DNA of 62,953 nt, the filler included, from Folioceros fuciformis (Eukaryota): NCBI GenBank assembly GCA_049999805.1. It is 5 parts of 5 records of this genome, joined end to end, with 100 filler letters (N's around TTAATTAATTAA, not from the genome) between each part and the next. Parts side by side here need not be neighbours in the genome. Positions count along the whole stretch, not along the records: positions 48,693 to 55,949 come from JBNGIO010005088.1; positions 56,050 to 60,820 come from JBNGIO010005092.1; 3 more parts are not named here. One strand, written 5' to 3'. Under the pieces are notes generated by a model that was not told the DNA's origin, ran no database searches, and saw only the letters and a program-made list of their open reading frames with translations. Numbering within the stretch: the first letter of the stretch is position 1; each line of letters starts with the position of its first letter. Of the stretch, positions 48,593 through 60,920 are shown one piece after another. Position numbers and translations under genes: made by a program.

Positions 48593-51500
48593 NNNNNNNN
48601 NNNNNNNNNNNNNNNNNNNNNNNNNNNNNNNNNNNNTTAATTAATTAANNNNNNNNNNNNNNNNNNNNNNNNNNNNNNNNNNNNNNNNNNNNCCCCCTAC
48701 CTCCTAACTACTGGTTTTACACCGGAGCGACCACAGAAGGAGTTACACAAGCAGCCCAAGGGATCATAACCACTGTAGCAGAGGGGCTAGCTTGGTTCTT
48801 TTGATAGGTTGTGGCCAAAGAGGGCAAAAATATTTCTCTTTGAAGAAGGATGACTGAATTAGCAGCTCAATCGTCTGCTTTAAAGGAGAGAGCTATTGGG
48901 CACACCACGGAACTCCATGAAGAGTCCGAGACATATTAGCGAAAGCGAGATCGTTGTCGGCAGGAATTTGAGTAACTCAAGGCACAAGTACCCAACCGGA
49001 CAATCGACTTGGAAAAACAACGGGGAGAGGCACAGGAAGAAAATGTCCGGGCTCGGTTGGCGATGGAGACCATTCATGCGGAGGAGTGGCAGGCATGAAG
49101 GAAACGGGAGCTTGACACCCAAGAGGCTTGCAGATGACATACGGCGCACCGCAACCGATACCGGAAGGAGCGAAATCGAGGCCAGGATGCTGAGAAGGAA
49201 GGAGTCCGAAAATTGGCAGAGTCGGCTCAACAGTTGAAAGAGATGAGGGGAAAGCTCCGAGTGGTCCAAGTTGAAGAGAAGACAGCCCAACAGGAAATCC
49301 GGACCCTTAAGGCAGACTGGCTCAGATACGGGAGAGCATGAAGACCCATGGAGATCTATGGGACGGGGAGTGGAAGGCTCTCTTAAACAAGTCCAATGCG
49401 TTGCAGACCCAAGTTCAGGATTTGGAATCGCAACTCGCGGACTTCGGAGCCCAGGAGGAACATTGGGAGGTGACCTTACTCCGAGCGCACACAGAAGCAG
49501 TCGCCAACCTCCGGGCTGTGAGAATCTACCACAACCACTTCGGTGGCCCTTGAAGAGCTCCGGCGCTATGTGGCCTTAGCCACAGCACAACATGCGAATC
49601 TTCCAGAGGCCAGGTGGCATCCGAAGTATTGAACACTCCGGAGGATGGTGGTAGACGCTATCCAGCAATTAGACGATAGCCATGCCTTCTTCCACAATGA
49701 GGCACTCCAGGTCCTGAGAGAAACAGCGGAGTTCCGTAGCTGTTGTGACTGAACCGGACTTACCCCTTGACGAGTGGACCTCCCTAGGTAGCCCGAGGCT
49801 ACAGTCTCCCAACCCCCTTTCACCGGACCTTGATCTGTAGGACGTAGTTCGTTCCCCCAGACTGGTTCCCCATAGCTACCCATACCCATTGGCGGCATGG
49901 AATCCTCCCCTAGACCCACCTCACCCATGAGATCCATGGGTGCTGCTCCTTCTTCAGACCTCGACTTGCCCACACTGCTGTCAGCCCATTAAGACTTTGT
50001 GACAGGACCTATCTGGCACACACACCTTCCTAGGTAGCTGTGGTCATATAGTACTTAGCTTTCTTTTCGCAGTTATGACTATTGTCCAGACTTTAGATCT
50101 AGCCGTGTATAAATGTCCCTCAGTTAAACAAAGGAGGGGGCCTTAGGGTTACACTCCTTCGTTTCGTCTAACTCTCTCTTGCGTCGTCCTCCTTCCCATC
50201 ATCGTGTCTTCTCTTTACTTCGTGCTAGTACACACAAAAGCTCTTGGGTGGTACGCATCCCTACTTGGGCACCCCTTGAGGTTAGGCCAACAGGCGGGCT
50301 GGCAAGGGGCACGCGCCGGAGTCCTTAAGGGCGAGTAAGGGCGGACTCACAGCTGGGAGTCGTTGAAGAGCCGCAGTGCTCAGGGAATGAGCCCGGCAAT
50401 CCAGACTACAACGACCCGATCAAGTAACTCCGTCTGAGTACGCACACACAATGTCGTAGGATTTCCTCTTGGACCGATAGCTTCACCTCGTCGCTTGCAA
50501 TTCGTTCCGCCTGCCAACCCTCAGCACGTCCTTTGACGCAATGGCCTCCTTTCGCTCACCTCCCTCTCTCCGTTCTTTACCAACCGGGCTGATGTTGCAT
50601 TCCCTCAACTGAGAATCTTCGACAGACCCCCTGTCAAAAGGCACGGGCGGTGATCCTACTAGGACGGAGTAGCGCTACAAAGGTCCTCCCCCTCCCAGCC
50701 TGATAGCTCGAGCTCCTCTTGGGTGGATCACTTTTGTGGTAATCCTCCACCTTTCTTGGCCCTTCAAGAGTCTTTCACTTGCTACCAGCATTTCTCCTCT
50801 CCAACTGTTGCTCCTCCTTTCTAAGCTGCTAATATTGTCTCAAAATGACACCAAAAGTAGCACCCAACTCCAGGCCCTTAAGATTTCCGAAAGCAGACGT
50901 TATTGCCTCTCCCCATAGCAAGTTGGTAGAACACAAATTTTCCAACAGACGATGCTTCTCTGCCTGCCTTACACACAACTCATGCACAACCATAGAGAGC
51001 TTGTCTCTGTGCACCACCAGCAATGCCAACTTCTTTTCAATCTCCTCCACCTCCCTCTCAACCTGCTCCTAAAATTGGCATTGTGCAATGTCAGCAAACT
51101 TGTGAGTTTCTGTGAGACCCCACTTGCGCTCCGGAGTAGCCAGGTCACCACTGTCTCACACCTCTCCTGCTTCAATTAACTCCTCTCCTTCCACCTCTTG
51201 TCCCTCTTCTTCAGTTGCCGCTTCCTTGCCGTCTCTTGAATCTCGTTGAAACTTTGGCTGAAGTAGCGATTTTATAACTGCCATGGAAGCTCTTCTAGGC
51301 TTTTTGTTGGCGTTGTCTCCATCCTTTGAGGAGGAACTATACTCCAGCAGTAGACTCCTTCTTGGTATCAAAATCGACGCTCTCCTTGCCACCATTTCGT
51401 CTTACGCTCACTATGCCCCTACCTCCACTTCCTTTCCTGAGTGTACGCCTCCAATGTCTGCTGGAGCACCAGTACTCGCTCCTTCACACGCCACCACCTG

Positions 51501-52404
51501 CACCTGCTTCGCGTTTTCTTCCTCCACGCGTCCGTCCTCACCGCCCCCCACCTTCTCCAACGATTGCCTATTCCTTGCTTCCTACCCTACAGACCCGTGC
51601 GATTGCTCCTCCTCACCTTCGTCTTGCATGCAAGAAAAATGCATTGAACTCACCTCCTTTCGCTGCTCAACCCATAGTGCCTGGTCATCTTTCTCCACTT
51701 CCACCACTTCCTTGCTCCTAGGTTTCTATTCAGGCGAGTGGCTCCCCACTACTGCCCCCGCCTCTATACTTGCTTGCCGAGCTACTTCCTTTAACCCCGC
51801 TGATTCTCGTGCGCTCACTTGCTCCTTCGAAACTCTTGCCTTCCTCCCCTTTGCATACCTTCCACCCCTCGCTCCTTGTCTTCTACCTCTTGCACCACAC
51901 CTTTCTTTGCGCTTCCTTCACATCCAACTACACCCACGACCTCCTCGCCTAGAACTCCCTCGTCTCCTTCTTGGCTCACTTCCTCACCTCTTCTTGCGCT
52001 CGTCAAAATCCTGTTGCCCGGTATCGGCAGTAATACAGGTGGCCCGCAAACATTCACCACCGCCTCCTGCAACCTTGTAGAGGGAAAAACTATTCGCGAA
52101 CCCCTTTTTGAGTGATAGATTTGGTGGATTTTGGTTTTTTTGTGTGAAGTGAAGGAGAAAGCGGCTTGGGTTGAGAATAAAACCGAGGTATTTATACCCA
52201 AAGTCTCCTTGGGCCATGGTACTTTGGGTGAATCGGTGGCCAGACCAAGTGTCTGGGGGTGGTTGGTTGTCCTTGGTCTTTGGCGGAGAGGGGGGGTACC
52301 AGGAGGTCTATATATGCACCCCCCCCTTAAAAATAAGAAATAAGAAAGGGGCCTGGGATAAGGTAGTTGTGGACTTAGGCTGGAAAATAGGGATGCTGTG
52401 ACTC

Positions 52405-52700
52405 GGCGACAACAGGTAGCCGAAGTTCGACGACGACAGGTAGCCGAAGTTCGACGACGATCACCGAAGGACAACGTCGGTAGCCGAAGGGGCTACCGGT
52501 AGTCGAGCGACAACGCCGGTAGCCAAAGGGGCTACCGGTAGTCGAGCGACAACGGAGGTCACCGAACGACAATGCCTGTAGCCGAAGGGGCTACCGATAG
52601 TCGAAGGGACAACGCCGGTTGCCGAAGGGGCTACCGGTAGTCGAGCGACAACGGAGGTAGCCGAAGGGACAACGCCGGTTGTCGAAGGGAGACGACGGTT
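52405..52700. repeat. Degenerate GC-rich minisatellite
   Basis: Repeats of GGTAGCCGAAGGGGCTACCGGTAGTCGAGCGACAACG, each with an internal GGTAGCC/GGCTACC inverted pair. Confidence 0.85.
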
Positions 52701-53254
52701 GCTGAAACCCTACCTGCACCAGGAGGCCTGGAATAGCAATAATTGCAGCCAGAGTGACAGGAGGCAACCAACATCCTTGGAGGGCAGAGAGTGGACAGCC
52801 AGGATGGGTCAGCCAACAGCATGAGTGAGGAAGGATTTGCCCAATCAGCAGCAAGGAGGGAGAACCTGAAGATTTTGTGTGGCAGGGGAAGGTAGGCCAG
52901 AAGAATAAATAGGAGGAGAGAGAGTGGCGTTGAGGTAAGCCAAGAGTGGTTGCATCTAAAAATAGTATTTAGATAAGATTTGGTAAGATGCTATTCTGAC
53001 CTGGTGCTGCCTGCCATTAAGAGCACTTTTTTTAAAAAGTTGACTATTTTAGAGCTAGACTTTATGACGAGCTGTGGCTCCCGCTCTTGGAAACTCTATA
53101 CAAAAGGGGCCTATTGGTGCCTCGCTGATTAGCAAATGTTTGAGACTCCTCCCGGTTGAGATCCCCTGCGCTGTCCATGGCGAGACTAGAGAGGTCTGGG
53201 TGAGGCAGTGAGTGCGAGACGCTCCTAGGGGTAGTTGAGGATTTTTGCTCCACA

Positions 53255-53685
53255 GCTGAAAGTGAGGGGAACGAATCCACCGTTGCTGGAGTGGAAGGAG
53301 CACCTTCTTCCTTTATTCCCTGAACGGCCAGTTGTGTTTGCAGTGGAAAGTGAGGGGGACGAATCCACCGGTGCTGGAGTGGAGGGAGAGCTTCTCCTTC
53401 CCTTATTTCCTGAGTTGGTTGACTGCATTTTTAATCTGGAGTTGAAGAGAGTGTGAGTTGAGAACGAGAAGGAGTGTGTGAAAGGAGAGTGTGTGGAGAA
53501 GAAGAAGTGTTGGAGAATGCAGGAGAAGAGTGAGTAAGAAGAGGAGGAGTAGGGGGTTGAGGAGCTGGAGTAAGTTGGGAAGAAGAGAGTGAGGACTGAT
53601 TTTTGTCTGTAGCTGAGAAGAGGGGGACGAATCCACCGCTGCTGGAGTGGAGGGAGATTTCCTCCTTCCCTTATTCCCTGAACCA
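53255..53685. repeat. Three ~70-bp direct repeats; also GAAACCCGTGGATG x~4 at 54156-54207
   Basis: GGG(A/G)ACGAATCCACCG.TGCTGGAGTGGA.GGAG....CT.C.T.CC.TTATT.CCTGA near 53265, 53355 and 53625. Confidence 0.85.
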
Positions 53686-55029
53686 TCAGCTGCGTGCTAA
53701 ATCTGGTGAGGAGAGAGAGCTGGAAGACTGAATTGAACCGTGGAAAATTGCTGGAGGAGATTTGTTGAGAAATTGCTGGGTGATTGTTTGCTAAGGTTTG
53801 GACGAAATTGCTGGGGAATTTCTTAGGAATCCCTGGATGTTTGTGGAGGACTGAGGAAGGCTACTGATGTTGCTGTGAGATTGCTGGAGATATTGTTGAA
53901 GAGCTGGAGAAAACGGATGAGAAGATTGCAGGGGAATGGAGGAGGAATGCTGAAGATTGAAGCCCTTGGGGGCAGGCCTGCAAGAATAATTGTGATCCAG
54001 AGCTCCTATGTGTGTTTTGTATGTGTGCGGAGTGTTGCATGAGTGAGTGGGGAGGTGTGGCTGATCTGCAAGGCCTTGTTCCCCAAGGATCAGCCCTTAC
54101 ATGTGTGGGGAGCATGGAATAACCTAGCTCTGTGAGTCTGGAAGGTCTAGGGCAGAAACCCGTGGATGGAAACCCGTGGATGGAAACCCGTGGATGGAAA
54201 CCCGTGGCGGCGCCTGCGCCAGAAATAATTAGTTAGGGTTTGGGGTGGGACCCACCATGAAGGTAGCCGAAGCGGCTACCGGTAGTTGAAAGACAACGGT
54301 AGTAGTCCATTGGGGAACGGAGGGTAGCCCAGTGGGCAACCAAGAGTAGTCCAGGGGGGGGTAGTCCCTGGAGCGACCGGGTGGTAGGGGAGTCGCCTGG
54401 TGGAAGAAGTAAGGGGGATTGGTAAGGTCTGAGCACTGGACGTGTGTGTGTGGGTTAGTCGAGCTTTAGGTGGTAGCTGACTTTAGAAGCTAACTTGTGT
54501 AGTTTAACACAAATCATTCCCTTGGGATCGAATCCTAGAGCTACAACGACATAGAGGGCTTGTTTGGACCTCGCGGTACTCTCGGGTACCATATTTTAAC
54601 CCCACAAAGCTCTCCAAACTAAGGCTAATACCCCTCCTAAGTTGCTCCAACTCCGCGGCCTATTCTTGCAATTGTTGTCTCAATTGAGCTTTGGTAAGCC
54701 TGGTCTAGCTGAGCTTTGGTTGTCTAGCTCTTGCACTATCTTTAGGCGGCTTCTTGGTTCACCCCAAGAAGAACTAGCTCCCCCTGCACGCTCCTTGCCC
54801 TTGCCCACCATGACCAGACTTGCTGCAACCTCCAACTTGCTGCCAAATTCTCCAATTGATTGCGCCCGCAATCACTCTTCTCCTTCCTTTATGACCACTC
54901 TCTGGTACACTTGTCCCCGCCATAACTCTTCCTACACTGAAGTTCTTTCTCTTTCTAAAAAAAAAAAGACCGTAAACTTCTTCCTTATCAACAAACTTCT
55001 CCCTTCTTCTTTCACCAACTTTGCAATCA

Positions 55030-55900
55030 CACTCCACTTCTCACAACCACAACCCCCCTATCAATTTTTGCCTTGAACCTCAATCCACACCTCTATCTGT
55101 AAAGACGTCCTCACTTGCTCCTTCAACCTTCCTAAATTTCCATCTTCATATACCTACTGCCACTCATAATATCTTTGCAACACATCATTATATCTCCACT
55201 CAACTCCTACCTAATCCTCCTAGCCATCTTCTCCACCTTTCAAACTATTGATACCTTTCACTTAGGCATCTTTTCAAAAGTTTCCACAACCACCTTTACA
55301 CACTCACCCCTGGCTTGAACAACTATCAGCGCCGATAGCCAAACTCATCTTCGCCAGGCACATCTGACTACTATTATTACTGCTATATATTACTTGGAAA
55401 CACATTACTTATGGTCCAAGGGCAATGAATCACTAACATGCACAAGGCTCATCTAACCTATCTCAACATCCATGATCCAAGGACAACTTCTCCACACCAA
55501 GCGACACCATGACCTTACCAACACATGTCTCAACACAATGTCCACTCCATCGAACAAGACAACAATTCGTTTCATAGTGATAAGTTTCTTGATGTCAATA
55601 TGACAGTATTTTGTATCACAACATTGCAACTTTCTAATGTAGAAAGAGACAACACTTAAAGCTTGATTCAATTGTTCAGTCCGCTACCAACTTTGCGATC
55701 ATAGCTCTTTTATCAATAATACTTTGATTATCCCTTGATCTCAAATGTATTAGCGAATTATCGAAAGAATGTTTGTCCATTCTTTCCAAACCCTTATATC
55801 CTAGCAACATTTCGTTGCCATTTGCCGAGCAAAACACTCTCAACGGCCAAAAATGCACGCAAAATTAAACTACTAGAATAACTATGTCTACCCGTAACCC
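55030..55900 (+). mobile_element. Highly decayed LINE ORF2-like relic
   Basis: Frameshifted NF.AIIALL..DYPLISNVLAN..KECLSIL at 55688-55790 resembles the RT 'RPISLLN.DYKIISKILANRL' motif; weak. Confidence 0.3.
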
Positions 55901-56049
55901 TTTTGCGATAACTTTTTATGCATAGATCACCTTGCTAGTCAAAACAGTTNNNNNNNNNNNNNNNNNNNNNNNNNNNNNNNNNNNNNNNNNNNNTTAATTA
56001 ATTAANNNNNNNNNNNNNNNNNNNNNNNNNNNNNNNNNNNNNNNNNNNN

Positions 56050-59000
56050 CCATTGAGATAAGATTGTAACCAAACTTGTATTGATGAGGATTCATTTCAA
56101 AGTTGGCCTTAGAAAAGAGACGATTTCGTAAGGCCACCTACAACAAGACACCAGGAGTGAATGTAATTAGCTACATCACGTAGATTAGCACCTTGGTCAT
56201 ATTCTTGAACGTAAGTACTTAATACAAAGAAGTAAAGCGTACCTGAAACCGTGGAAAAAAACCCTCAGTTAAAACCATTCGAAGAGAATCTTCACATTGC
56301 AATCGACGTCCAAAAAATTCGTATTGCACTCCTGGCTTATCATATCCAGATAACCATTGTAGAGCTTTCTTCTTGGTGGGTGGGGGACAAATTGTTGTTG
56401 GAATGAAGAAGCCTTGTATTTGATCATCTTCTAGAGTAGCTTCGTAGCACAATTCTAATTCCACCATAATATTCACCAAGTCTTGGGTTTTCAAGTTAGT
56501 GTACTTAGCATCATTAATAAATGTGGAATTGAGGACATGTTCGAGATGGTATCTTCTAATAAATCCTTGTTCATTAGCTTCTATGAGTAAAGGACTATGT
56601 GTTTGGATAAGTTTACCTAAGAAGTGTTCAGTCATCCAGTTTGGATTTACTATTCTGATATTAAACTTTTTAAAATAAAGAATATTTCCACTATCATGTA
56701 GATAAGATGAAATAGCATTTACAATGTTAATTTGGTCAGCATATTGTAAGCTAGTTAATTCTTCACACGTGGACATACAAAAGCTTGTGAACTCAGCTTG
56801 TGTCATGAGCGGCTGAGATTGGTTATGTAGTGTCCACTTTATCAAGGCACTACTTACCTTCTCACACACTTTAGGCACTTTAATTGCTTCCTCACACAAG
56901 TGTTTTAGTGGTATTAAGATATATGACCATATATTTTCTATATATATTGTAGAAAGAGTATTTATCATTTGCATGTCCAAAGGAAAACTAATGAATTCAT
57001 TATATATATTTTTTAATTTGAAAAATTCTTCTTGTAAAATATTATGAATGGTGTCTTGCTCCTTTTCAAACTTATCTAGATGGCTGATGATTACAAATAA
57101 TTTTGGTTTTTTCCTGCTTCTTTCTTGCATATTAGATGAAATAAATTTTAACCAATAGCTAAATTGTTTTTGAAATTGTGTACTAATTTCATTACCATTT
57201 AAAAGCTTTGTTAATTGAAAAGGACTAAACACAAACAAAAATAAGCAAGCTTGGTGAATATTAGGGAAGAGGTAGTCATGCAGAATGCGAAACTCATCTT
57301 GACCAGCTAAATCCCAAAAGCTTACTTGCAATCCCATTTCTGGATAGAAGAGGGACTCCACTGCTATACCTTGAGTCTTCCTCCATGGCTTCCATATATA
57401 CTCCTTCATCCGCATTCCCCAGTCTTTTGATTTTGCTTGAGAATGATGGAATTTACACATATTTTCTCGCAATGTCGTTTTTCCTTCATGAATAAATGTT
57501 CAAGCACAACTTAGTTACGTGGTGACTGGCATATTAAAAAAATGATAAAAAAAAAGCATTATTACCTGCAGCTGGTGGACCGAGAAGGAAAATTCTACCA
57601 GTGGTTGGTGTGGCAAACTGGAGATTTCGTACTTGGAATTGAGGTAGATAAGTTGCCAAGCTTCTATTTTGCTGTAATTTTTCTTCTATCAATGCTACCT
57701 TTTCAGTTGTAAGAGGACTATAAATCTTTTCCAACGATATATTTTTATCCAACAAGTCCATCAGCTGGATGTACAAAAATTCCTCTTTCACGCCACCTTT
57801 CGTAAGAAAGTAAAGTGTTTTCACTGTTGCATTGACCTGCAATGATTGGAGGAATACTCTGATGAAGTTTTGGCTGAATCCAGCTAAGTATATATCCTTG
57901 ATGTTCGTATTCTCATTTAGCTTCAACCCCACATTTGCTTGACCACAGGAGATAGCCGTAAGAGCCAACCATTCTAGCACACGATTAGTGCGCAACATGA
58001 TGTTCACATCGTCCACATCTTCTTCCCTCATCTTGTAGAGGAAAAGATAGGTTACAGTAGTATTCCCCTCCGCCAAACCAGTGTGGGTGGGGCAACTCTC
58101 CCTCTCCCTCTCCCTCGCCAGTCCCGTCCGAAGCAGTAACCCTACCCCTTTGTCTTTCACCCCTCCCAAGTGCAACGTGCGCACCGACGAGTTTTTCGCC
58201 AAAGCCCGACCTATCATGTGCGCACCTTCCAAATCCAACCCAATATTCATGATATGCAACTGTTGCAGGTTGGGGCACACGGTGGGCTGAAGCAGCTTCG
58301 CTACCTGCGAAGCCCCGCCCTCACCTCCTGCTGTACCGCCATAACCACCTCCCAGCTCGTTCCCTGACAGATCCAGCGAGCGGAGAGGGCGGTGGGGATT
58401 CGCCTCCAGCCCCCACACCAACTGACTTAGCCCGTCTGGCTTTAGGCCTGTACCCTTCAACCCCAAATGGCGGATGCTGCGACTGGAGCGGAGGAAGCCC
58501 CCCAGGGCAGCACATCCAGCGTCACTCCCCCCCACAGCGCTGCACCTTCCCAGATCCATCCTTTCTAAGGCCGAGTAGTTGGCAATCGATTTCAAACCTC
58601 CCAACAGTGCCTCCACCTCATCTTCTCGCCCCTCCTCGTACATGTCACGAGGCAAGTATTCCAGTTCCCTGAGGGAGACGCATCTGCCAACGGCAGTCCA
58701 CACCTCCTGCCGCACCTGCCTCCACCGCTTTCTTTCCTCATTCTCCACCGGCCGAGGTAGTCGATCGAAGAAATCCCCGAAAGGCACAGTTTCGAATGTC
58801 AAAAAGTTTGGAAGGCGGGTGCGTTGCCGGCGTCGGTGAGGTAGGTGCCGGTGAGGTAGGTGCATTTGGGAGGAGGGTGACGATGGGGACAGACTAATAC
58901 TCCCGCCTAGATCCAGCACAAACTCTTGCAAAGCCACTGAAATTCGCGGCTGCAGGTCTTCAACATCCCCTTGCCTCCAGCATCTCCTTTGCATCCCACC

Positions 59001-60059
59001 CCCGTCCCCCTCATCCACCATTCTTTTCTTCATCATACTTCCTTCCACCCATCTGCTATAGTTAGGCCCCGAGCTAGACTTAGGCCTGCTAAACACGTGA
59101 ACGTCCGTCTCGAGTCCACGTGGCATGCCCGAAATGCGAAGGCAGATGTCGTCAATCTTAGCCACGTCAACGCCAAAATCGATGACAGAGTCTTCGGTTA
59201 CACCAAGTCCAGTGCGAACCACATGGGCCAAGGCGTGCTTGTTACCATGACCAAGGAGCAGGGTTCGCAAGGTGGTGTTCCTGGCCAGGCCCATCCCAAT
59301 CACTTCTGCTCCTTTCAAGTCCAACCCTGTCATTCTCATGTCCAAGTGTTGCAGGCAGGGACACACTCTCTCACTCAGCAGCGCCGCCACAAGTGCGGCC
59401 CCTCCGCTACTCCCGCTGCGGCCCAGACTCCGATTCCCAAACAAGTTCAGGACGCGGAGGGCGGACTCCTCGTTCTCTTCCAGCTTGCTGCGCAGATGCA
59501 CCAGCCCGCTGGCCTCCATGCCCGTGCGAGAGATATCCAGCACGCGAAGCGTACGACTGTGGGCCAGGACGCCACCCAGTGCCTCACACGCAGCCTCGCT
59601 TCTTCCCAGTCCCGAACACCCTGCCAAATACAGCTCTTGTAAAGAGGAGTTGTTCGTTTTGGATGCCACCTCCAGAGGGCCCCACATGGCTTCCCACTCC
59701 TCCTCATGGCCGCCTTCCCCGACGCACCAGTCGCTGGGCACGTGGATCATTTTCAGAGTCCTGCATCGCGCGATGGCAGCCAGCACCCGCACTCGGACTT
59801 CCAACCACCGCTTCTGCTCCGCCGCCGTCTGCTTCACGAGTTCCGATGCGACATCCCAGTTGAAGAAGGGCCCGTAATCGCCGTACACTTCCTCCAGACT
59901 GTCATCAAAATATGTAAGATGTAGGCGGGTGCCGTCAGCTGTGGAAGCCGACGCTGACTCTGGCCCTCCTGTTGCGCCAAGATCGCGCAGGAGCTTCACC
60001 AGACCAGCAGGAAGGGGCTCAAGATCCTGCCACTCGCTGCTCTGCTCCCAACTACCCAT
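56050..60059 (-). CDS. LRR-Roc-COR (ROCO) protein, TORNADO1-like; exons 60059-57566, 57483-56243, 56137-(gap at 56049); 3' end missing
   Basis: RI-like LRRs; P-loop GRIFLLGPPAAG|KTTL split by an 82-nt intron; KTQGIAV (G2); FWDLAGQDEFRILHDYLFP (G3); ISHLD (G4); COR YLHDSGNILYF..VNPNW, LELCY, FFIP, FFGRRLQC..LTEGFFPRFQ|V. Confidence 0.92.
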
Positions 60060-60920
60060 GCCTCCACCGCCAAACCTGCCACCACCTCCTCACGCCTACT
60101 GCACAACCACAGGCCTCGCTACACAAGTCACCATCAGCTGGAGTCAGTGAAACCGTTCGCCCGGCCACGGAATCCCCAGCTCCCAAAGCATTATCTCGAA
60201 CGTCTAACCGATACTACACACACAGCATCCTACTATAAGCATCCACATCACAATCGCCGGTACAATGCTACACACCCACCTGGCCACATACCATCCATAC
60301 CACTCTACACTCAGGGATCATCCGCTCACAATGCACTACAAGGACTGCGATATCTCGCCGAAACACGAACCTAACCACCTACCATGCAACAGCCGTCCAC
60401 CACACTCAACAACCATCCATGATCAGCTAATTCTACACTGCCCACACTGCCACACCTTCCCACTATCCTCGCTCAAAGGCCATTGCCCCTACCTACTGGG
60501 CCTGTTGGCAAAGTACCTGGGCGTCAGCACGTGATACGACTCAATTGTACTCGCAACCACCCACAACCTTCTTCCGCACGCCGCCCATGGATCCAACACC
60601 CAAACTCATCAAGGCAAGCCCTCGGCCCCAGGCCTGCCAAATCCGACTGCTCGGCTTCGGATCACCACCCTTTGCACCACCCAACACACGTACATGTGAT
60701 CAACTACCACACCCTCCAAGCCTACCAATGCATTCCACGCAGAAACACACCAACCTGGCCAGCTACCATGCCACAGTCATCCATATCGATCAACGCAGGA
60801 ATCATTAGCTCGCACACCATNNNNNNNNNNNNNNNNNNNNNNNNNNNNNNNNNNNNNNNNNNNNTTAATTAATTAANNNNNNNNNNNNNNNNNNNNNNNN
60901 NNNNNNNNNNNNNNNNNNNN

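Larger units (their letters stand above)
48693..54606 (+). mobile_element. Gypsy (Tat/Ogre-like) 3' region with decayed coiled-coil ORFs on both strands and a long putative LTR ~52397-54606
   Basis: Charged coiled-coil peptides at 48800-49550 (+) and 50700-52100 (-); AAAATAGGGATGC|TGTGAC; GTAGCCGAAGGGGCTACC repeats; end motif TTCCCTTGGGATCGAATCC..CCCCACA shared with 33275; no RT seen. Confidence 0.5.

Noticed and set aside
51283-52474. 265-aa and 219-aa ORFs as host genes
   Set aside because: Low-complexity S/P/L or R/E frames inside a TE region with no recognisable domain
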